Shown: positions 38,482 through 52,910, numbered from the stretch's first letter. The stretch: DNA of 63,228 bases from Octopus bimaculoides (GCF_001194135.2 NC_068986.1:93023318-93086545), one strand, 5' to 3'. A program made the numbers and translations. The notes: generated from the sequence alone by a model not told the origin.

Positions 38482-38834
38482 AGGTATGGTTATATAAAGA
38501 TCTAGGACCTTTCGTCTAAAAGATTTCGGTCTAATGCACTATAGCCTAAAGAACTTTGGTCTAAAGTGACTTTTGTAGAAATACACTATAGTCTAAAGAC
38601 ATTTTTATTTAAATGCCCTTCAGTATAAAGATATTTTTGTCTAAACTCACTTAGGTCTAATAACTATTTTGTCCATAGAATCTGAGAAAAAATGTAAAAG
38701 ATCTAAATAACTATACTCTGATAATCCTTTTTGTCTTTAGACGAAAATGCTTAGATGAAAGTGTCTTTAGACAAAAATGCTTTAGACCAAAGTGTCTTAG
38801 ACAAAAGTATTTTAGATCAAAGTGCTGTATACCT
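38482..38834. mobile_element. Foldback-type non-autonomous DNA element with inverted arrays of short subterminal repeats
   Basis: Termini are AGGTAT...ATACCT. The left part has repeated (tt)(c/g/t)gtctaa motifs and the right part has the reverse motifs ttagac(g/a/c)aa. Confidence 0.6.
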
Positions 38835-39479
38835 TATATATACATACATACATATGCATGTTCATATGTACATACTACTGAATGGCCTTTGTTTCTTTTG
38901 GGTTCTTCCAAGTTTTGAATGGTTTACTGGTCTTGCTTTTCATCCCTCAATGTCTGAAAATCATTTCAGTGTTTGCCAGTTTAGTTGCTGACAACATGAT
39001 CAGGCATCAGGTTGTACTGGTTACATGTTACTATTAAGAGTCATACATGACCTAACAATATATACAATATATGTGTGTATGAGGTGGCGAGTTGGCAGAA
39101 ATGTTAGCATGCCGGACAAAATGCTTAGCAGTATTTCATCTGTCTTTACATTCTGAGTTCAAATTCCGCTGAGGTCGACTTTGCCTTTCATCCTTTCAGA
39201 GTTGATAAATTAAGTACCAGTTGTGTACTGGGGTAAATTTAATCGACTGGTCCCCTCCCCCAAAATTTCAGGCCTTGTGCCTGGAGTAGAAAAGCATGTG
39301 TGTGTATGAATGGGTGGATAGATAGATAGATAGATAGATAGAAAGACAGACAGGTTGGTAGGTAGATTGATAGAGATGGCTAAGCAAGTATCATAAAAAT
39401 CAGTCAACTTTTGATAGAATAAATGTACCTGTCCATTCTACATAACATAAATCAGATAACGTTTGCACTATCTTTTATT

Positions 39480-39636
39480 TTTTACTTGTCCCAGTCATTG
39501 TACTGTGGCCATACTGGAAGTGTTTAGCTGAACGAATTGACCCTGTACATTTTGTTTCTTTAAGCCTGGTACGTTTTCTGTTGACCTCTTTTACCAAACT
39601 GCTAAGTTACAGAAACATAAACAAGCACAAAAGCAC

Positions 39637-39688
<52 letters not shown>

Positions 39689-39860
39689 ACACATACTGGA
39701 TTTCCACACAGTTTGCACTTACTAAATTCATTCACAAGGTATTGGGTGGCCCACAGCTGTAGTAGAAGGCACTTGCCCAAGGTACTGTGTAGTGGGACCG
39801 AACCTGAAACCATATGGTTGCAAAGTGATCTTCTGAACTACATAGCCATGCTTGTTCCTA
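39480..39860 (-). mobile_element. Diverged SINE family A copy (other partial copies at ~5562-5727 -, 29880-30040 -, 30300-30530 +, 36925-37080 +)
   Basis: Recognisable head, core and tail motifs with many substitutions. Boundaries are approximate. Confidence 0.75.
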
Positions 39861-39929
39861 TATATTTAAAATACATTAAAAAAAATATATCTTTTAATAT
39901 ACTTTGCAACCCTTGCTGAATGGTTATGA

Positions 39930-40295
39930 GATGTGGGCTTTGAATGCAGAAGAACTACAAAAGGTAGAAAGAAATGAGTTAAGCATGCTCTGATGGGTTT
40001 GTAAAGTATCTGTGCATGAATACCAGAGTACAAATGAACTGAGGGAAAAACTGGGTAGAAGGAGAATCAAATGTAGGGTGCAAGAGAGAAGGTTGCATTG
40101 GTTTGGACATGAGGTGCATATGGATGATGAGTGCTTTGTGTCCCAATGTAGTGAGGCCCATGGAAGAGAGAAACTGAAGAAGACATGGAACGAAGTGATA
40201 AAGGCTGACTTGATGCAGATTCTGATGCAGGAGATAACAAAAAACTATAATGATATGATCATATGCCATTCTGTGAGAAGACCTGGCCATCGGTA
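39930..40295 (+). mobile_element. RTE-clade LINE 3' remnant
   Basis: ORF 40012-40299 contains ELREKLG..IKCRVQERRLHWFGHEVHMDDECFV...KKTWNEVIKADL, matching the RRLRWFGHV.RM...RKTW...V..DL C-terminus of RTE elements. Confidence 0.8.
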
Positions 40296-42429
40296 CTGAA
40301 ATATGCGTTGAAATGATGGTAGTGATCTCATTATGTATATGTATACATAAATGTGTATGTAATTATGCACAGTTTCTCTGTCCACTCAACATCTTATCAT
40401 CTCTTTGGCCTACCTCTATGATCCCCCACATCTTTCTTGCAATGATTCTCTCTGGACCCACATTTATCTGTTTTCTATTCTCCCTTCCTCCACATGTTTT
40501 ACCTATATTTACCTTTATAGTAGGAGTTAATTATGGAACCCCTGTACACAACTAACTTTGTCACCCTTACCACTTTAGTCTTGGACATTGCAAGGTGAAC
40601 TCACTAGTGCTGGTACCATGGAAAAAGTACCCAATACAGTCTAATAGCTGACTGGCATTAGCAAGGGCTTCCAGCCATTGAAACCACACCAAAATAATAT
40701 TTGATCATGATATGGTCCCCAAATGTGTTGGCTTCTGCAGAACTCTCAAACTCATGCCAGCATGGAAAGTGGACATTAAATCATGATGATGATATATATG
40801 TGTGTAGGTTAAGCCTTTTACAAAGTACTTTTGTCTTCACCATAAGTTCTACAAAATGCCTAACAGAAATTCCATAACTGTCTTTTTTCTGCTTCAGCAA
40901 ATTCTGCCCACTCTTTATCGAACTTGAATGGCATCAAACTTAACACCCCCTCTTCATGCCCACACACACACACACACACTACCTCACAAGTGTAGCTACC
41001 AGAATGAATGTCTAATGAACCATGAATGTACTTCTGAAGGGATTACAATAAAGATTGTCACAGTTGCTAAGCCATACATTGGTTTGATTTCAAATTTATT
41101 CAAATGATATTATTCAAGTCAACATCTTTACACTTTACATCATCAAACATGAATCACAGACAAAAGTTTGTCCCCATTTATCTGGAATCTTAAATCTAAT
41201 TAGTCAAACTATAATATCAAATAGAGATTACTGTTTTGCTAAACCTTATAAGTATTCCATTGGACTGTGTAGGCTTTTCGTTTCTAACAACTTGTAATGT
41301 TGTTTCCAAGTCTTTCTCTTCTTAACCAATATTCAGACTTCATGTCTTCATGTGTTCTTAAACAATACAGAGCTCTTAGATATTTTAAACAATTTTTCAG
41401 ACCAAATAGATGAAAGTAGTCAATGAGAAATAGTTCTTCCAAATGATATCTTTATGAATAAGAATATTTTATATGCATAACAGTTTGAACAAACGTAAAC
41501 TACACTCTGTCCAACTGATTTCTTCAGCCATTGTTGGTCTCTGGAGAAGAAGTGTTCAATAAAAGTGTACAGTGCAATAGTTTATTTAGACCAGTTCAGA
41601 GTAACAAATGACTGGGTTGGTTTAAATAAACTATCAGTTTGACTCTGTGTGTGTGTGTGTTCTGTATATGGTTAAGTCTGCATAGAAAAGGAAAAACAAA
41701 AATTTACTCAACAGAAAAACAGTATAACTATTTGTCATAATGCTGAGATTAGTCTCTGTTTACTGATCTTTGCTGAACTATATGTATAACTCTGAGTAGT
41801 AACAGAGCAATCATAGCTCTACTAATATATATATGTATACACGCACACACACACACACACACACGTGTGTGTGCATGTGAGAGTATGCTATGCGTACATG
41901 TAATGTATGTTTGTACACACACACACACACATATGTATGTGTGTGTGTGTATTTGTGTGTGTGCGTGTGTGTGTGTCTGTCTATGTAAGTGATCGTGAAT
42001 GTCAGAATCAATATAGTGTCTGACAAAGTATATTTGATGAAATAAGTACATGTCAGGTAGTTGTTCATCTTATTAGTATTAGTAGTTTTCCCATTTTGTC
42101 ATCATTGAAGTGAAATGTTAAATTCTCATCCATTCTGATAAAATAGTAAATATGATGGCAGTAATGGTGTTAGTGGCTGGCAGGGTGGTGGTGGTGGTAT
42201 TGCTGGTAGTGTTGTTGTTGGCAGTGGTTCTACTCTTGTTGTTGTTGTTGTTGTTTAGTGTTTGTATTGGGGTTGTTGTTGTTGTTTAGTGTTTGTATTG
42301 GGGTTGTTGATGGTGGTGTTTCTTGTCTTGATCAACCCCCAGCCCAGGTCTGTTCTGATTAAGTAAAAAAGCTTATGACCGTTCACTATGTTATTCAGGT
42401 AAGGTGTTTCTTGGGTTAAATTATTCACT

Positions 42430-42742
42430 ATGTCATTCGAGCAAGTTCGAGTGAGATCGTTGCCAGTGCCGCTGGACTGGCTCCTGTGCAGGTGGCACTT
42501 AAAATACACTATTTTGAGTGTGGCCGTTGCCAGTACCGCCTGACTGGCCTTCGTGCCGGTTGCATGTAAAAGCACCCACTACACTCTCGGAGTGGTTGGC
42601 GTTAGGAAGGGCATCCAGCTGTAGAAACTCTGCCAAATCAGATTGGAGCCTGGTGTAGCCATCTGGTTTCACCAGTCCTCAGTCAAATCGTCCAACCCAT
42701 GCTAGCATGGAAAGTAGACGTTAGACAATGATGATGATGATG
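42430..42742 (+). mobile_element. Repeat family C (RTE-like 3' end ending in (GAT)n); other copies near 3975, 10785, 16130, 22000, 23110, 25975, 35895, 40590, 59240, 60170
   Basis: aaaagcacccactacactctcggagtggttggcgttaggaagggcatccagctgtagaaac..ccaacccatgctagcatggaaag..gacgtt..(gat)n. Confidence 0.85.
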
Positions 42743-44759
42743 TCCTTTGTTTCTTTTCAAAAAATCATGTGTGATTTGAAATGAATATTTGCTGTTATTC
42801 CTGGCAGGTCAGGCTGCCATGTAGAGGCTCCCTTCTTTGCTTGTGACTCCCTTGTTGTCTCTCAACCCCACAGATCCAGGATTACTCTAACTAGTAAGAT
42901 CAAGTACCCTCAATTATAGAAATAATTTTAACAAAGCCAAACAAAATAACAACATAAATGAATTAAAAGAAAACAAATATATAAAAATAATAAAAAATGG
43001 ATTATTTGCACTAAAGAAGTTAATCTGACTAGATCCTTGCAATTAGTGTATAAGAGAAACAATGCAGTGATCCTGTACCCCCACCCCAAGGCAGGTGACG
43101 TCATTAACATGCTAAATATATTATGGATTAACTGCAATTTACACCATCTGTTTAGCGGGTATAAAGAGTTGGGACTTAACGACTCAAATCTTGTGTTCAA
43201 ATTTACCATTAACCTTTCCTTACGAACTTGAGCAAAACATTTTTGACCTACATTGTCTCAGTTCAGCCCACCTCTTGGGTATAGGCACTAAGCTGTTGTT
43301 TATTTGGCAGTAGTGAAGGTAGTGATGGTGAAAGTGATGGGATTTTGGTAGTGATGGCGAGGGTGGTGTAGGTGATGGTGAAGGAGGTGGTGGTGAGGAT
43401 GATATTGGAGTTGGGGATGGTGGAAGCTGTTGTGATGGTGGTGGTGGTGGGTTTAGATGTTTTATTTTAAAACTTACGAAGAAAAAGTTCTTGATTCCCA
43501 GTGTTGCGTCATAAAATATTGTAAAATTGACTGGAAATTGCAAATCTGATAATTGGAAATGAAGCAGTTTTATAAGATGTTATAAATACCAAATAGAGAC
43601 AGACTGACTGACCGGCTGTCGGCACTTAAACCATCCATTTATTGCTTAGCCAGACAACTGTATTATTGATCACATTACAGTTGCTCAGGTAAGCGAATGT
43701 TAGCAAAGTAGATGGTGTGCTAAAAAACTTTAGAAATTTTAATAAATTAAATGATAACTTGCATGTCTATTCTTTATATCTTCTGGCAGATTCAAACACT
43801 AACATGCTAGTTTCTGTTATATATGTCACAAGAGAATGACTTCTTCCCTTTTACAATGACAATGTATTCATAATGTGCTTAGCTCATTGATGCAAAGGAA
43901 TCTGGGACGCTGGTGTTTTGACCTATGTTTTATCAGCTAGAAGTACTTGGATCTTTGAGCCTAAACAAGCTAGTGGCTTTGTTTATTGTTTCAGCAAGCA
44001 AACCATTTTTGCTGATCAGTGCTGATATCTGCCAACCAATGAAACAACAATTAGTTGCAATGTAATCAGAAGGTTGTGAAATAAATCAAAATTTCACCTG
44101 TCGTGATGAAAAAGAGAAAGAAAATTTTTTTGACTAATTATAGTTAAGACAGACAGGGGAGATGTCCTGTATCTTTGCATTTGTGAATACCAATGAAATA
44201 TATATTCCCTTCTTTGAAATGTAAGGGTCGACCACAAGAAGGGCATCCAGCTGTGAAACTTGGAAACTTGGAAAATATTGCCCCAACCCTGCTAACTTGG
44301 AAAAGCAGCTATACAATAAATAAACGATGAATATACGTATGTGTGTATGTGTGTGTGTGTGTGTGTGTGTGTTTGGTATAATGGGAAGCACATGACACAG
44401 TACTCATCATACTGCTAATTGTTTAATAATAGTATTAACTAATTACAAATTAATCTTACAATTAAATCGGTTAACAAAAGCATAATGAAACAAAAAAGGT
44501 AAATTAGTAAAATACAAGGAAAGAACAAATGTAAAAGAAAAAAAGGGAAAGAAGGAAGCGGGAAAATGGTTTTTAATCTTTGCACTTTGCAGTGAGGGAA
44601 CATGAAACAGCTTAGTGAGATTAAAGAGTTAAACAATACTCACCACCACCACCACAACCACCCTCTCTCACCACTCATTTAAGTTTTTCTTTTATATACA
44701 CGTCTGTAGTGTGTGCGTGTATGTGTGTGCAAGTATATGCATATATGTGTGTGGTGTGT

Positions 44760-45055
44760 GAGGGTATGCAGCTTAGTGGTTAGGGTGTTGCACTCCTGAC
44801 TGCTAGATTGTAGTTTCAATTTCTGGACCAGGCAGTGCGTTGTGTTCTGGAGCAAGACCCTTCATCTCCTGTTGCTCTGCAATCACCTTGATATCTGGTG
44901 TGTGGCGCACCACAAACCTGTAACATGCAATCTCGATTTGATTGAGGTCATGTGCTAATCTACAGCACAAGTATTGGATCATTATAAACAAATCTTCTGT
45001 GCTGGTTGTTTAGCAAGAATTTGCAGAACCCTCATCTGTTGTCCGTGACAGGAAA
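44760..45055 (+). mobile_element. tRNA-derived SINE family E, diverged
   Basis: gcagcttagtggttagggtg..gtttcaatttctggacc head followed by gttgtgttctggagcaagaccctt. Confidence 0.6.
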
Positions 45056-45128
45056 GTTCATTGTATGTGTCTATGTGTATGTGTTTTCCATCTTTAAAGA
45101 TATATATATATATATATATACATATATA

Positions 45129-45333
45129 CTCTTTACTCTTTTACTTGTTTCAGTCATTTGACCGTGGCCATACTGGAGCACTGCCTTTAGTCGAGCAAAT
45201 CGACCCCAGGACTTGCTCTTTGTAAGCCTAGTACTTATTCTATCAGTCTCTTTTGCCAAACCGCTAAGTTACGGGGATGTAAACACACCAGCATCGGTTG
45301 TCAAGCAATGGTGGGGGGGACAAAGACAGACAC

Positions 45334-45390
<57 letters not shown>

Positions 45391-45548
45391 GCTTCTTTCA
45401 GTTTCCGTCTACCAAATCCACTCACAAGGCATTGGTCGGCCCAAGGCTATAGTGGACGACGCCTGCCCAAGGTGCCATGCAGTGGGACTGAACCTGGAAC
45501 CATGTGGTTGGTAAACAAGCTACTTACCACACAGCCACTCCTGCGCCT
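45129..45548 (-). mobile_element. SINE family A, full length
   Basis: Reverse complement of the family A sequence, including the internal (TA)n. Confidence 0.9.
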
Positions 45549-47775
45549 TATGTTCCTTTCCTTTGACTTTGTTGCTCAAATTCATGCTACTGACCACTTT
45601 GAGTTATTTTTGCTACCTCATATTCATTTTATATTATAAAACAACAATAACATATAGGAAGCGGGGCACGTTGGCTGAGTTGTTAGAGTGTTGGATAAAG
45701 CATTTCATGGTATTTCTGCTGACTCTTGGTACTTCAAGTTCAACCCTCACTAAAGTCAACTTTGCTTTTCATGCTCTTAGTATTGATAATAACGAGTACC
45801 AATTCAACACAGTGAGTAATGGCAATTGTAAGAGCATGTAGTATTTGTTCCAGCATTTTGTACTCTGAGCTAAATTCCCATTGTGGATGGTAGTCTTAAT
45901 GTGTCACTCATTTTAACATCACCACTAGATGCCTTAGGTGCCTTCAACAGAGTCCATTCTGAAAGCCACTTGTTGTTCCTGATATCGTACCACCAAGTGT
46001 GGGATTGAACCCCAGCCTTCATGATTATAAATCAAACTCCATAACTAATCAGCTCTGCTGATTCATGTATGCATGCGTATGTGTATATGTGTATATTGTC
46101 ATCAGTTCATAACTGTTTTGATATACTGGGGTTCTCTTCCTTCTCTGAGTCATTAAGAAAAAAGAAACCTGAAAAGCTGACATTATCACTGTGTCTATAC
46201 TGTGTCTACAACAGTATTATAAACTATTATTTTAGTGAAGTTATAGAATAATAAGATAGTGGTGAACAATTTTTTTTTTTTATGGTGGGTATGTAATAAC
46301 TTTTTAAAATTATCTTGAATCTGATGATGTTGTTGTTGATATTATTTGGCCTCTGGTCAATCCTGATTGAGCAAACCTATGAGTGGAAGTTTACTAGTAG
46401 TAACTTTCATGCTTCTTTTGTGTTTGTTTCTATATCTGGGTCTGGAACTACATTGTCCACCATGTACTTTTTATGTGTTAGGGTGTGATTTGAAGGAATT
46501 TTGTCACGTTTATGTTGTGACAAGTACATAGAAGTAACCTTCATTTATATAAAGATTACCCTTATCTGGGCCCTTCATTCTTATGACTACATGTGCTCTC
46601 TCTGTCTCTCTTTCTCTCTCTCTCCCTCACTTCAACATCACTACACAATCCAGTGTTCACTCTCAGTGTTCATCTTGCCACCACTTTCACAAAGAACCTT
46701 ATAGAAAGCTTTCTCCAGATCAGCAACCACAAGAAACAAACTCTCTCTCTCTCTCTTAACCCTCTACTTCTTTCTATAATCACCTTACTTTAAAAGCAAC
46801 ATCAGTCATTTTTTTTCCTGGCGTAAATCCAAAATATCTTTCATTGATTTTCATTTTCTTCTCTGTCCTGTTCTCTGACATCATTTCCAATACCTTCATT
46901 CCATGCTTCAGTAATTTAATTGCTGTAACTGAACCACAGCCCAGGGATCACTTTTCCCTTGCACAGAGGAACGGGAGTATTCAATAACCAATCTGCTGGG
47001 ATATGATTTCCTTTCACCCTCAACTTACAGATCTCTTCACACTACTAATCATACATGTATAAAAAACACAATATCGCATACATGAAACACAACATTGCTC
47101 AACAAAATGTAACAACTGACATTGTATGCAACAGACAAAGTGCTAAAATAACAGCAGAAACAATAAAAGAAACCCCACAATGCAGCAAAATTGATGTAGC
47201 ATAGAAACACATTTGCACACACCAAAAGACCGTAAGTGCTGCACGTACCCCAGGAACACAAAGATACACCTGACAATGCATATGAAACTATTGAAAAATA
47301 ATAATGATGATAATAATGATAATAATAATAATAATGATGATGATGATTTTTTTTTTTATATTGGCCCGTGGCCACGTTTTATTTAGAGAGGAATATAGTG
47401 AATTAAATTGACTCCAGTAGTTGATTGGTTTGTATTGTATTGACCCAGAACGATGAAAGGAGACTTTGCAACCTTCTGTCTTAGTCTGAAATCATTATTG
47501 ATTGAAAGGTGACAATTAGACATAAATGATAGAGCAGCACATTGAATGGTTTATTGTATTTATTTTCCTTGCTTCTCTGAGTCCAAATCCAACCTTACTT
47601 ACACACACACACATACACTCACAAAGGCACCCACACACACAACATGCATACAAACATATGCATGCACACATATACACAATCATGTCACAAGGTCTTCATT
47701 TCTTTGTCTCCCATGCCTCTCCTTCTCAATTTAGTCTTTCTCCTTTCACCAATGTGTTCCTCTATTCATTCCGTC

Positions 47776-47841
<66 letters not shown>

Positions 47842-48150
47842 GTCTCTCTTTCAACACACTTTTGTGCTTCTCCCCTCTGGTTATGTGTACTCACTGGTTA
47901 AATCTCTAATGCTGTTATTGACTGATCTTTCACAATGGCCCGACCAGCCAATCAACTGAGCAGCCAAGTGCTAGACTGACTGACCAACTGACCAACACTG
48001 TTATGTGTTCAGTTGCCAATCAATTCAATAACGTTAGTAACAGTGGACATAAAAACAAAAGCAGTTGTTGTTTTCCAGATCATGCAAATATTTATCAACA
48101 TCTGTTTTACTTCACAAACAGTTTGGGAGTTTTGGTGAGGAAGAGTAGGT

Positions 48151-48354
48151 GGGTAAGTGACATAGTTATGTGGATGTTTCGTCGGGTGACCTACCCCAAA
48201 GGTTGAGTGTTCAAATCTACAATAGGTGATTTGATGTGTATTAATTTATATAGGGTAAATGACATAGTTATGTGGATGTTTCATCGAGTGACCTACCCCA
48301 TAGGTTGTGTGTTCAAATCTACAATAGGTGATTTGATGTGTATTAATTTATATG
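48151..48354. repeat. Two-copy tandem duplication of a 102-bp unit
   Basis: gggtaa(g/a)tgacatagttatgtggatgtttc...gtgtattaatttata at 48151 and 48253, with few mismatches. Confidence 0.9.
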
Positions 48355-48734
48355 TTGGCACTCCGTCGCTTACAACGTCGAGGGTTCCAGTTGATCCGAT
48401 CAACGGAACAGCCTGCTCGTGAAATTAGTGTGCAAGTGGCTGAGCACTCCACAGACACGTGTACCCTTAACGTACTTCTTGGGGATATTCAGCGTGATAC
48501 AGTGTGACAAGGCTGGCCCTTTGAAATACAGGTACAACAGAAACAGGAAGAAAGAGTGAGAGAAAGTTGTGGTGGAAGAGTACAGCAGGGTTCGCCACCA
48601 TCCCCTGCCAGAGCCTCGTGGAGCTTTAGGTGTTTTTACTCAATAAACACTCGCAACGCTTGGTCTGGGAATCGAAACCACGATCCTATGACCGTGAGTC
48701 TGCTGCCCTAACCACTGGGCCATTGTGCTTCCAC
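48354..48734 (-). mobile_element. tRNA-derived SINE family D
   Basis: Minus-strand head gtggaagcacaaTGGCCCAGTGGttagggcagc..GGTTTCGATTCCcagacc has clear Pol III A and B boxes, followed by a unique body. Confidence 0.8.
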
Positions 48735-49301
48735 ATTTCACTTTATAAATTAACTGCTAATATTTTAATGCAAGTAATGCGACCAGCTCACATAATTGTT
48801 ATTGTGCTGGGCAAAAGGCTTAGTGGTATTTCTTCCGATTTTGCGTTCTGTATTCAAATACCATTAGGGTTGACTTTCTCTTTCATCATTTTGAGGTTGA
48901 TAAAATGAGTATCAGTTGAGCACTAGGGTTGACATAATTGATTAGCCCACGCCCTCGAAATTGCTGGCCTTGTGCCAAAATGTGAAACAAGTATTTTAAT
49001 GTAAATGTTGTTTAATCACCAAGTCAACTCTGATAGCAAACCCTTGGTCAAGAGCACTCCAACTGTGACCCTCTCGTCCTTTTCTCATGTGTAGCATATC
49101 CAGAACCACACTATCCAATGCATCTTTCTTCCTCAAGGTAGAAAGGTGTAACAGGTATTATTCATTTGGCTGTCTGTTTTAATAAGATGAGTGACCATGT
49201 AGAGGTTCCTTTGTTAACTTGTTTATGTAACATTAGACATTTAAAGCACTAGTTTGGAAGATAAGAGAAAATAGGATCCACTGATTGGACTCAAACCAAT
49301 A

Positions 49302-49712
49302 GGCGCAGGAGTGGCTGTGTGGTAAGTAGCTTGCTTACCAACCACATGGTTCTGGGTTCATTCCCACTGCGTGGCACCTTGGACAAGTGTCTTCTACTAT
49401 AGCTTCGGGCCAACCAAAGCCTTGTGAGTGGATTTGGTAGACGGAAACTGAAAGAAGCCCGTCGTATATATGTGTATATATATATGTCTGTGTGTGTGTG
49501 TGTATGTTTGGGTGTCTGTGTTTGTCCCCCCAACTTCGCTTGACAACCGATGCTTGTGTGTTTACGTCCCCGTAACTTAGCGGTTCAGCAAAAGAGACCG
49601 ATAGAATAAGTACTAGGCTTACAAAGAATAAGTCCTGGGGTCGATTTGCTCGACTAAAGGCGGTGCTCCAGCATGGCCACAGTCAAATGACTGAAACAAG
49701 GAAAAGAGAGTA
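49302..49712 (+). mobile_element. SINE family A, full length
   Basis: Runs from ggcgcaggagtggctgtgtggtaag to aaatgactgaaacaaggaaaagag. Confidence 0.9.
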
Positions 49713-50447
49713 AACCATGTATTATTTCTCTTGGAAATAAACTAGTTTAGTTTAAGTAGCAGAAACAAATGATAATTTGTGGTTTGAGAAAGTAGAATGG
49801 CAGGTGCCTTATCATATAATTGGTAATGTTGCCACATGGTAAGCAGTGGGTTTTGGGTTCAAGCCTCATTGCTCAACCTGTTTCTCTGTTTGGTCTCAAA
49901 TTGATGTATATAATGCCGAATATGTTATAATTGTTGTTTAGCCCTAGGTCATCTCCTCCCTCAGAGTTGATCTATAGTGAAAGGTGTACAAGTTGTGACT
50001 ATCCTACCTTTATTCATGCACAGTGTATCTAGTATTATCCGGTGTAAAATATCTTCTGTTTTGCAGAGCAGTAAAGTATAATTTGACAAGGATTTGACTA
50101 CTGTTTACAGCAGGTTGATTAACTATAGATAGTAATGTCATAATATTGTTTTGACGGTGTGCCTGTGACATTATATAAAAATATATTATCAGTTACTTCG
50201 CTTTTGTATTTGGTTTGCCAGATTCTTGATGTGACTTCATGTGTTGACGCAAATTTTGTTGTCACCTGGGAGAATCATTACATCAATATTAATAACACAC
50301 ACCATTTCAATTCCACTTCTTTATTGTTAGTAATTTTGTTAGACATTTAGCCAATTGCCTTATAGTAAAGAAGTGTAATTGAACCTGTGCATGTGTTATT
50401 ATTGGCATAATGACTCTCTTGAGACACAGCAAAATTCTCAGTTACAT

Positions 50448-50876
50448 TCTTTTACTTGTTTCAGTCATTTGACTGCAGCCATGCTGGAGCACCGCCTTTA
50501 GTCAAACAAATCGACCCCAGGACTTACTTTTTGGAAGCCTAGTACTTATTCTATCGATCTCTTATGCCAAACCGCTAAGTTACGGGGACGTAAACACACC
50601 ACCATCGGTTGTCAAGTGATGTTGGGTGGAGACAAACACAGACACACAAACACATACACACACATACACACACATACACATACATATATATATATATATA
50701 TATACATATATACGACGGGCTTCTTTCAGTTTCCGTCTACCAAATGCACTCACAAGGCTTTGATCGGCCCGAGGCTATAGTAGAAAACACTTGCCCAAGG
50801 TGCCACGCAGTGGGAATGAACCCGGAACCATGTGGTTGTTAAGCAAGCTACTTACCACACAGCCACTCCTGTGCCT
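50448..50876 (-). mobile_element. SINE family A, full length
   Basis: Reverse complement of family A. Confidence 0.9.
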
Positions 50877-51661
50877 ATGGTAATATATTTACAGTAGCAA
50901 TCATTATATTTGCTGTGTAATGTGCATATATCAGCTTGACTTGATTATCAGGAGCTGGAGAACAGCTTCATCATTATCATCATTATCATAAATATTGTCA
51001 TTTAACGTCTGTTTTCCATGTTGGCATGAGCTAAATGGTTAAACAGGAGTTGGCAATCTAGTGAACTACACCAGAAGTAATACATCCTCTCCTTAGATTG
51101 ATGATACTGTTCCAATGAGAATGTGGAGCTAAGAATTGGCTACCAGCTGACTGATGCCATGAAACATGAAACTCTCCTGTAGCTTTGCTTCTTGTAATCC
51201 TTAAAATGAAGGAATAGTTGGTGGTGAGATTTGATTCTTTGGGTCTAGTCACTGTCTTATGATGAAAAATCAGTAAAAAAAAAAAAAGAAGAAAGAAAAG
51301 GAAATTAAATGCATGCAATATTTATATACAATTACTTTTGAATTTACAAATAGTAAAAAGAGAGCTCACTTTGTTGTGCAGAGTATATATGTGTGTATAC
51401 ATGTATATGTATGCAGGCATTATTTTTGAAGCTGGAAACCCTTCAGTAGTTGCTCTGGAGTTTTGAATTTCATCTATAACACTTATTAAGCATTTCTGGC
51501 ATAAAATCTGAAGCCACAGAATATCTTTTGTACTGCTTTCAGTTTCAAAAATGATCTTTTGATTTTTCTCAAGCATTGCTCCACAGAGTCAGCCTCTGTC
51601 CCTATCAAACACTTACTAAATCTTAACAATCTCTCTTTCTCTCTCTCCGTCTTTCTTTTTC

Positions 51662-51710
<49 letters not shown>

Positions 51711-52099
51711 GATTTTTTATAGTTAGATGTTATTCTTGCCTCCAACCCTCTCTCATCAGTTTCCAAGCAAGATAAAATTCCCAAGAACAGATAGGTTTTC
51801 ATGGAAGATTGGAAACAAATGACACTACTTGTATGATGTTGACTTTCATTTACAAATATCACACAAAGTCAAATGTATCNNNNNNNNNNNNNNNNNNNNN
51901 NNNNNNNNNNNNNNNNNNNNNNNNNNNNNNNNNNNNNNNNNNNNNNNNNNNNNNNNNNNNNNNNNNNNNNNNNNNNNNNNNNNNNNNNNNNNNNNNNNNN
52001 NNNNNNNNNNNNNNNNNNNNNNNNNNNNNNNNNNNNNNNNNNNNNNNNNNNNNNNNNNNNNNNNNNNNNNNNNNNNNNNNNNNNNNNNTATATATATAC

Positions 52100-52127
<28 letters not shown>

Positions 52128-52130
<3 letters not shown>

Positions 52131-52484
52131 GGAGTGGCTGTGTAGTAAGAAGTTTGCTTCTTAACCACATGGTTCCGGGTTCATTCCCACTGCATGGCAC
52201 CTTGGGCAAGTGTCTTCTACTATAGCCTCGGGCCAATCAAAGCTTTGTGACTGGATTTGGTAGACGGAAACTGAAAGTATGTATGTATTTGTGTATCTGT
52301 ATTTGACCTTCTACCATCACTTGACAACTGATGTTGGTGTGTTTATATCCCCGTAACATAGCGGTTTAGTAAAAGAGACTGATAGAATAAGTATTAGGCT
52401 TACAAAGAATCAGTCCTGGGACTAAAGGCAGTGCTTCAGAATGGCCACAGTCTTATGACTGAAGCAAGTAGAAAAGTAAAAGAC
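52128..52484 (+). mobile_element. SINE family A
   Basis: Family A head and tail present, with small internal deletions. Confidence 0.9.
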
Positions 52485-52504
52485 TATATATATATATATA
52501 TATA

Positions 52505-52910
52505 CTCTTTTACTCCTTTACTCTTTTACTTGTTTCAGTCATTTGACTGCGGCCATGCTGGAGCACCGCCTTTAGTCGAGCAAATCGACCCCAGGACTTA
52601 TTCTTTGCAAGCCTAGTACTTATTCTATCGATATCGTTTGCCGAACCACTAAGTTACGGGGACGTAAACACACCAGCATCGGTTGTCAAGCGATGTTGGG
52701 GGGACAAACACACATACATATACATATATAAATATATACAAATATACGATGGGCTTCCTTCAGTTTCCGTCTACCAAATCCACTCACAAGGCTTTGGTCA
52801 GCCCGAGGCTATAGTAGAAGACACTTGCCCAAGATGCCACGCAGTGGGACTGAACCCAGTACCATATGGTTGGTAAGCAAACTACTTACCACACAGCCAC
52901 TCCCACGCCT
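52505..52910 (-). mobile_element. SINE family A, full length, tail-to-tail with the previous copy
   Basis: Reverse complement of family A, separated from 52128-52484 by ~20 bp of (TA)n. Confidence 0.9.

Noticed and set aside
43895-44020. GIWDAGVLTYVLS, resembling kinase subdomain IX
   Set aside because: The key Asp is misplaced, there are no other kinase motifs, and splice sites are poor.
48640-48734. tRNA-like sequence
   Set aside because: It is the Pol III head of a SINE. It continues into a repeat body and lacks a proper acceptor stem.
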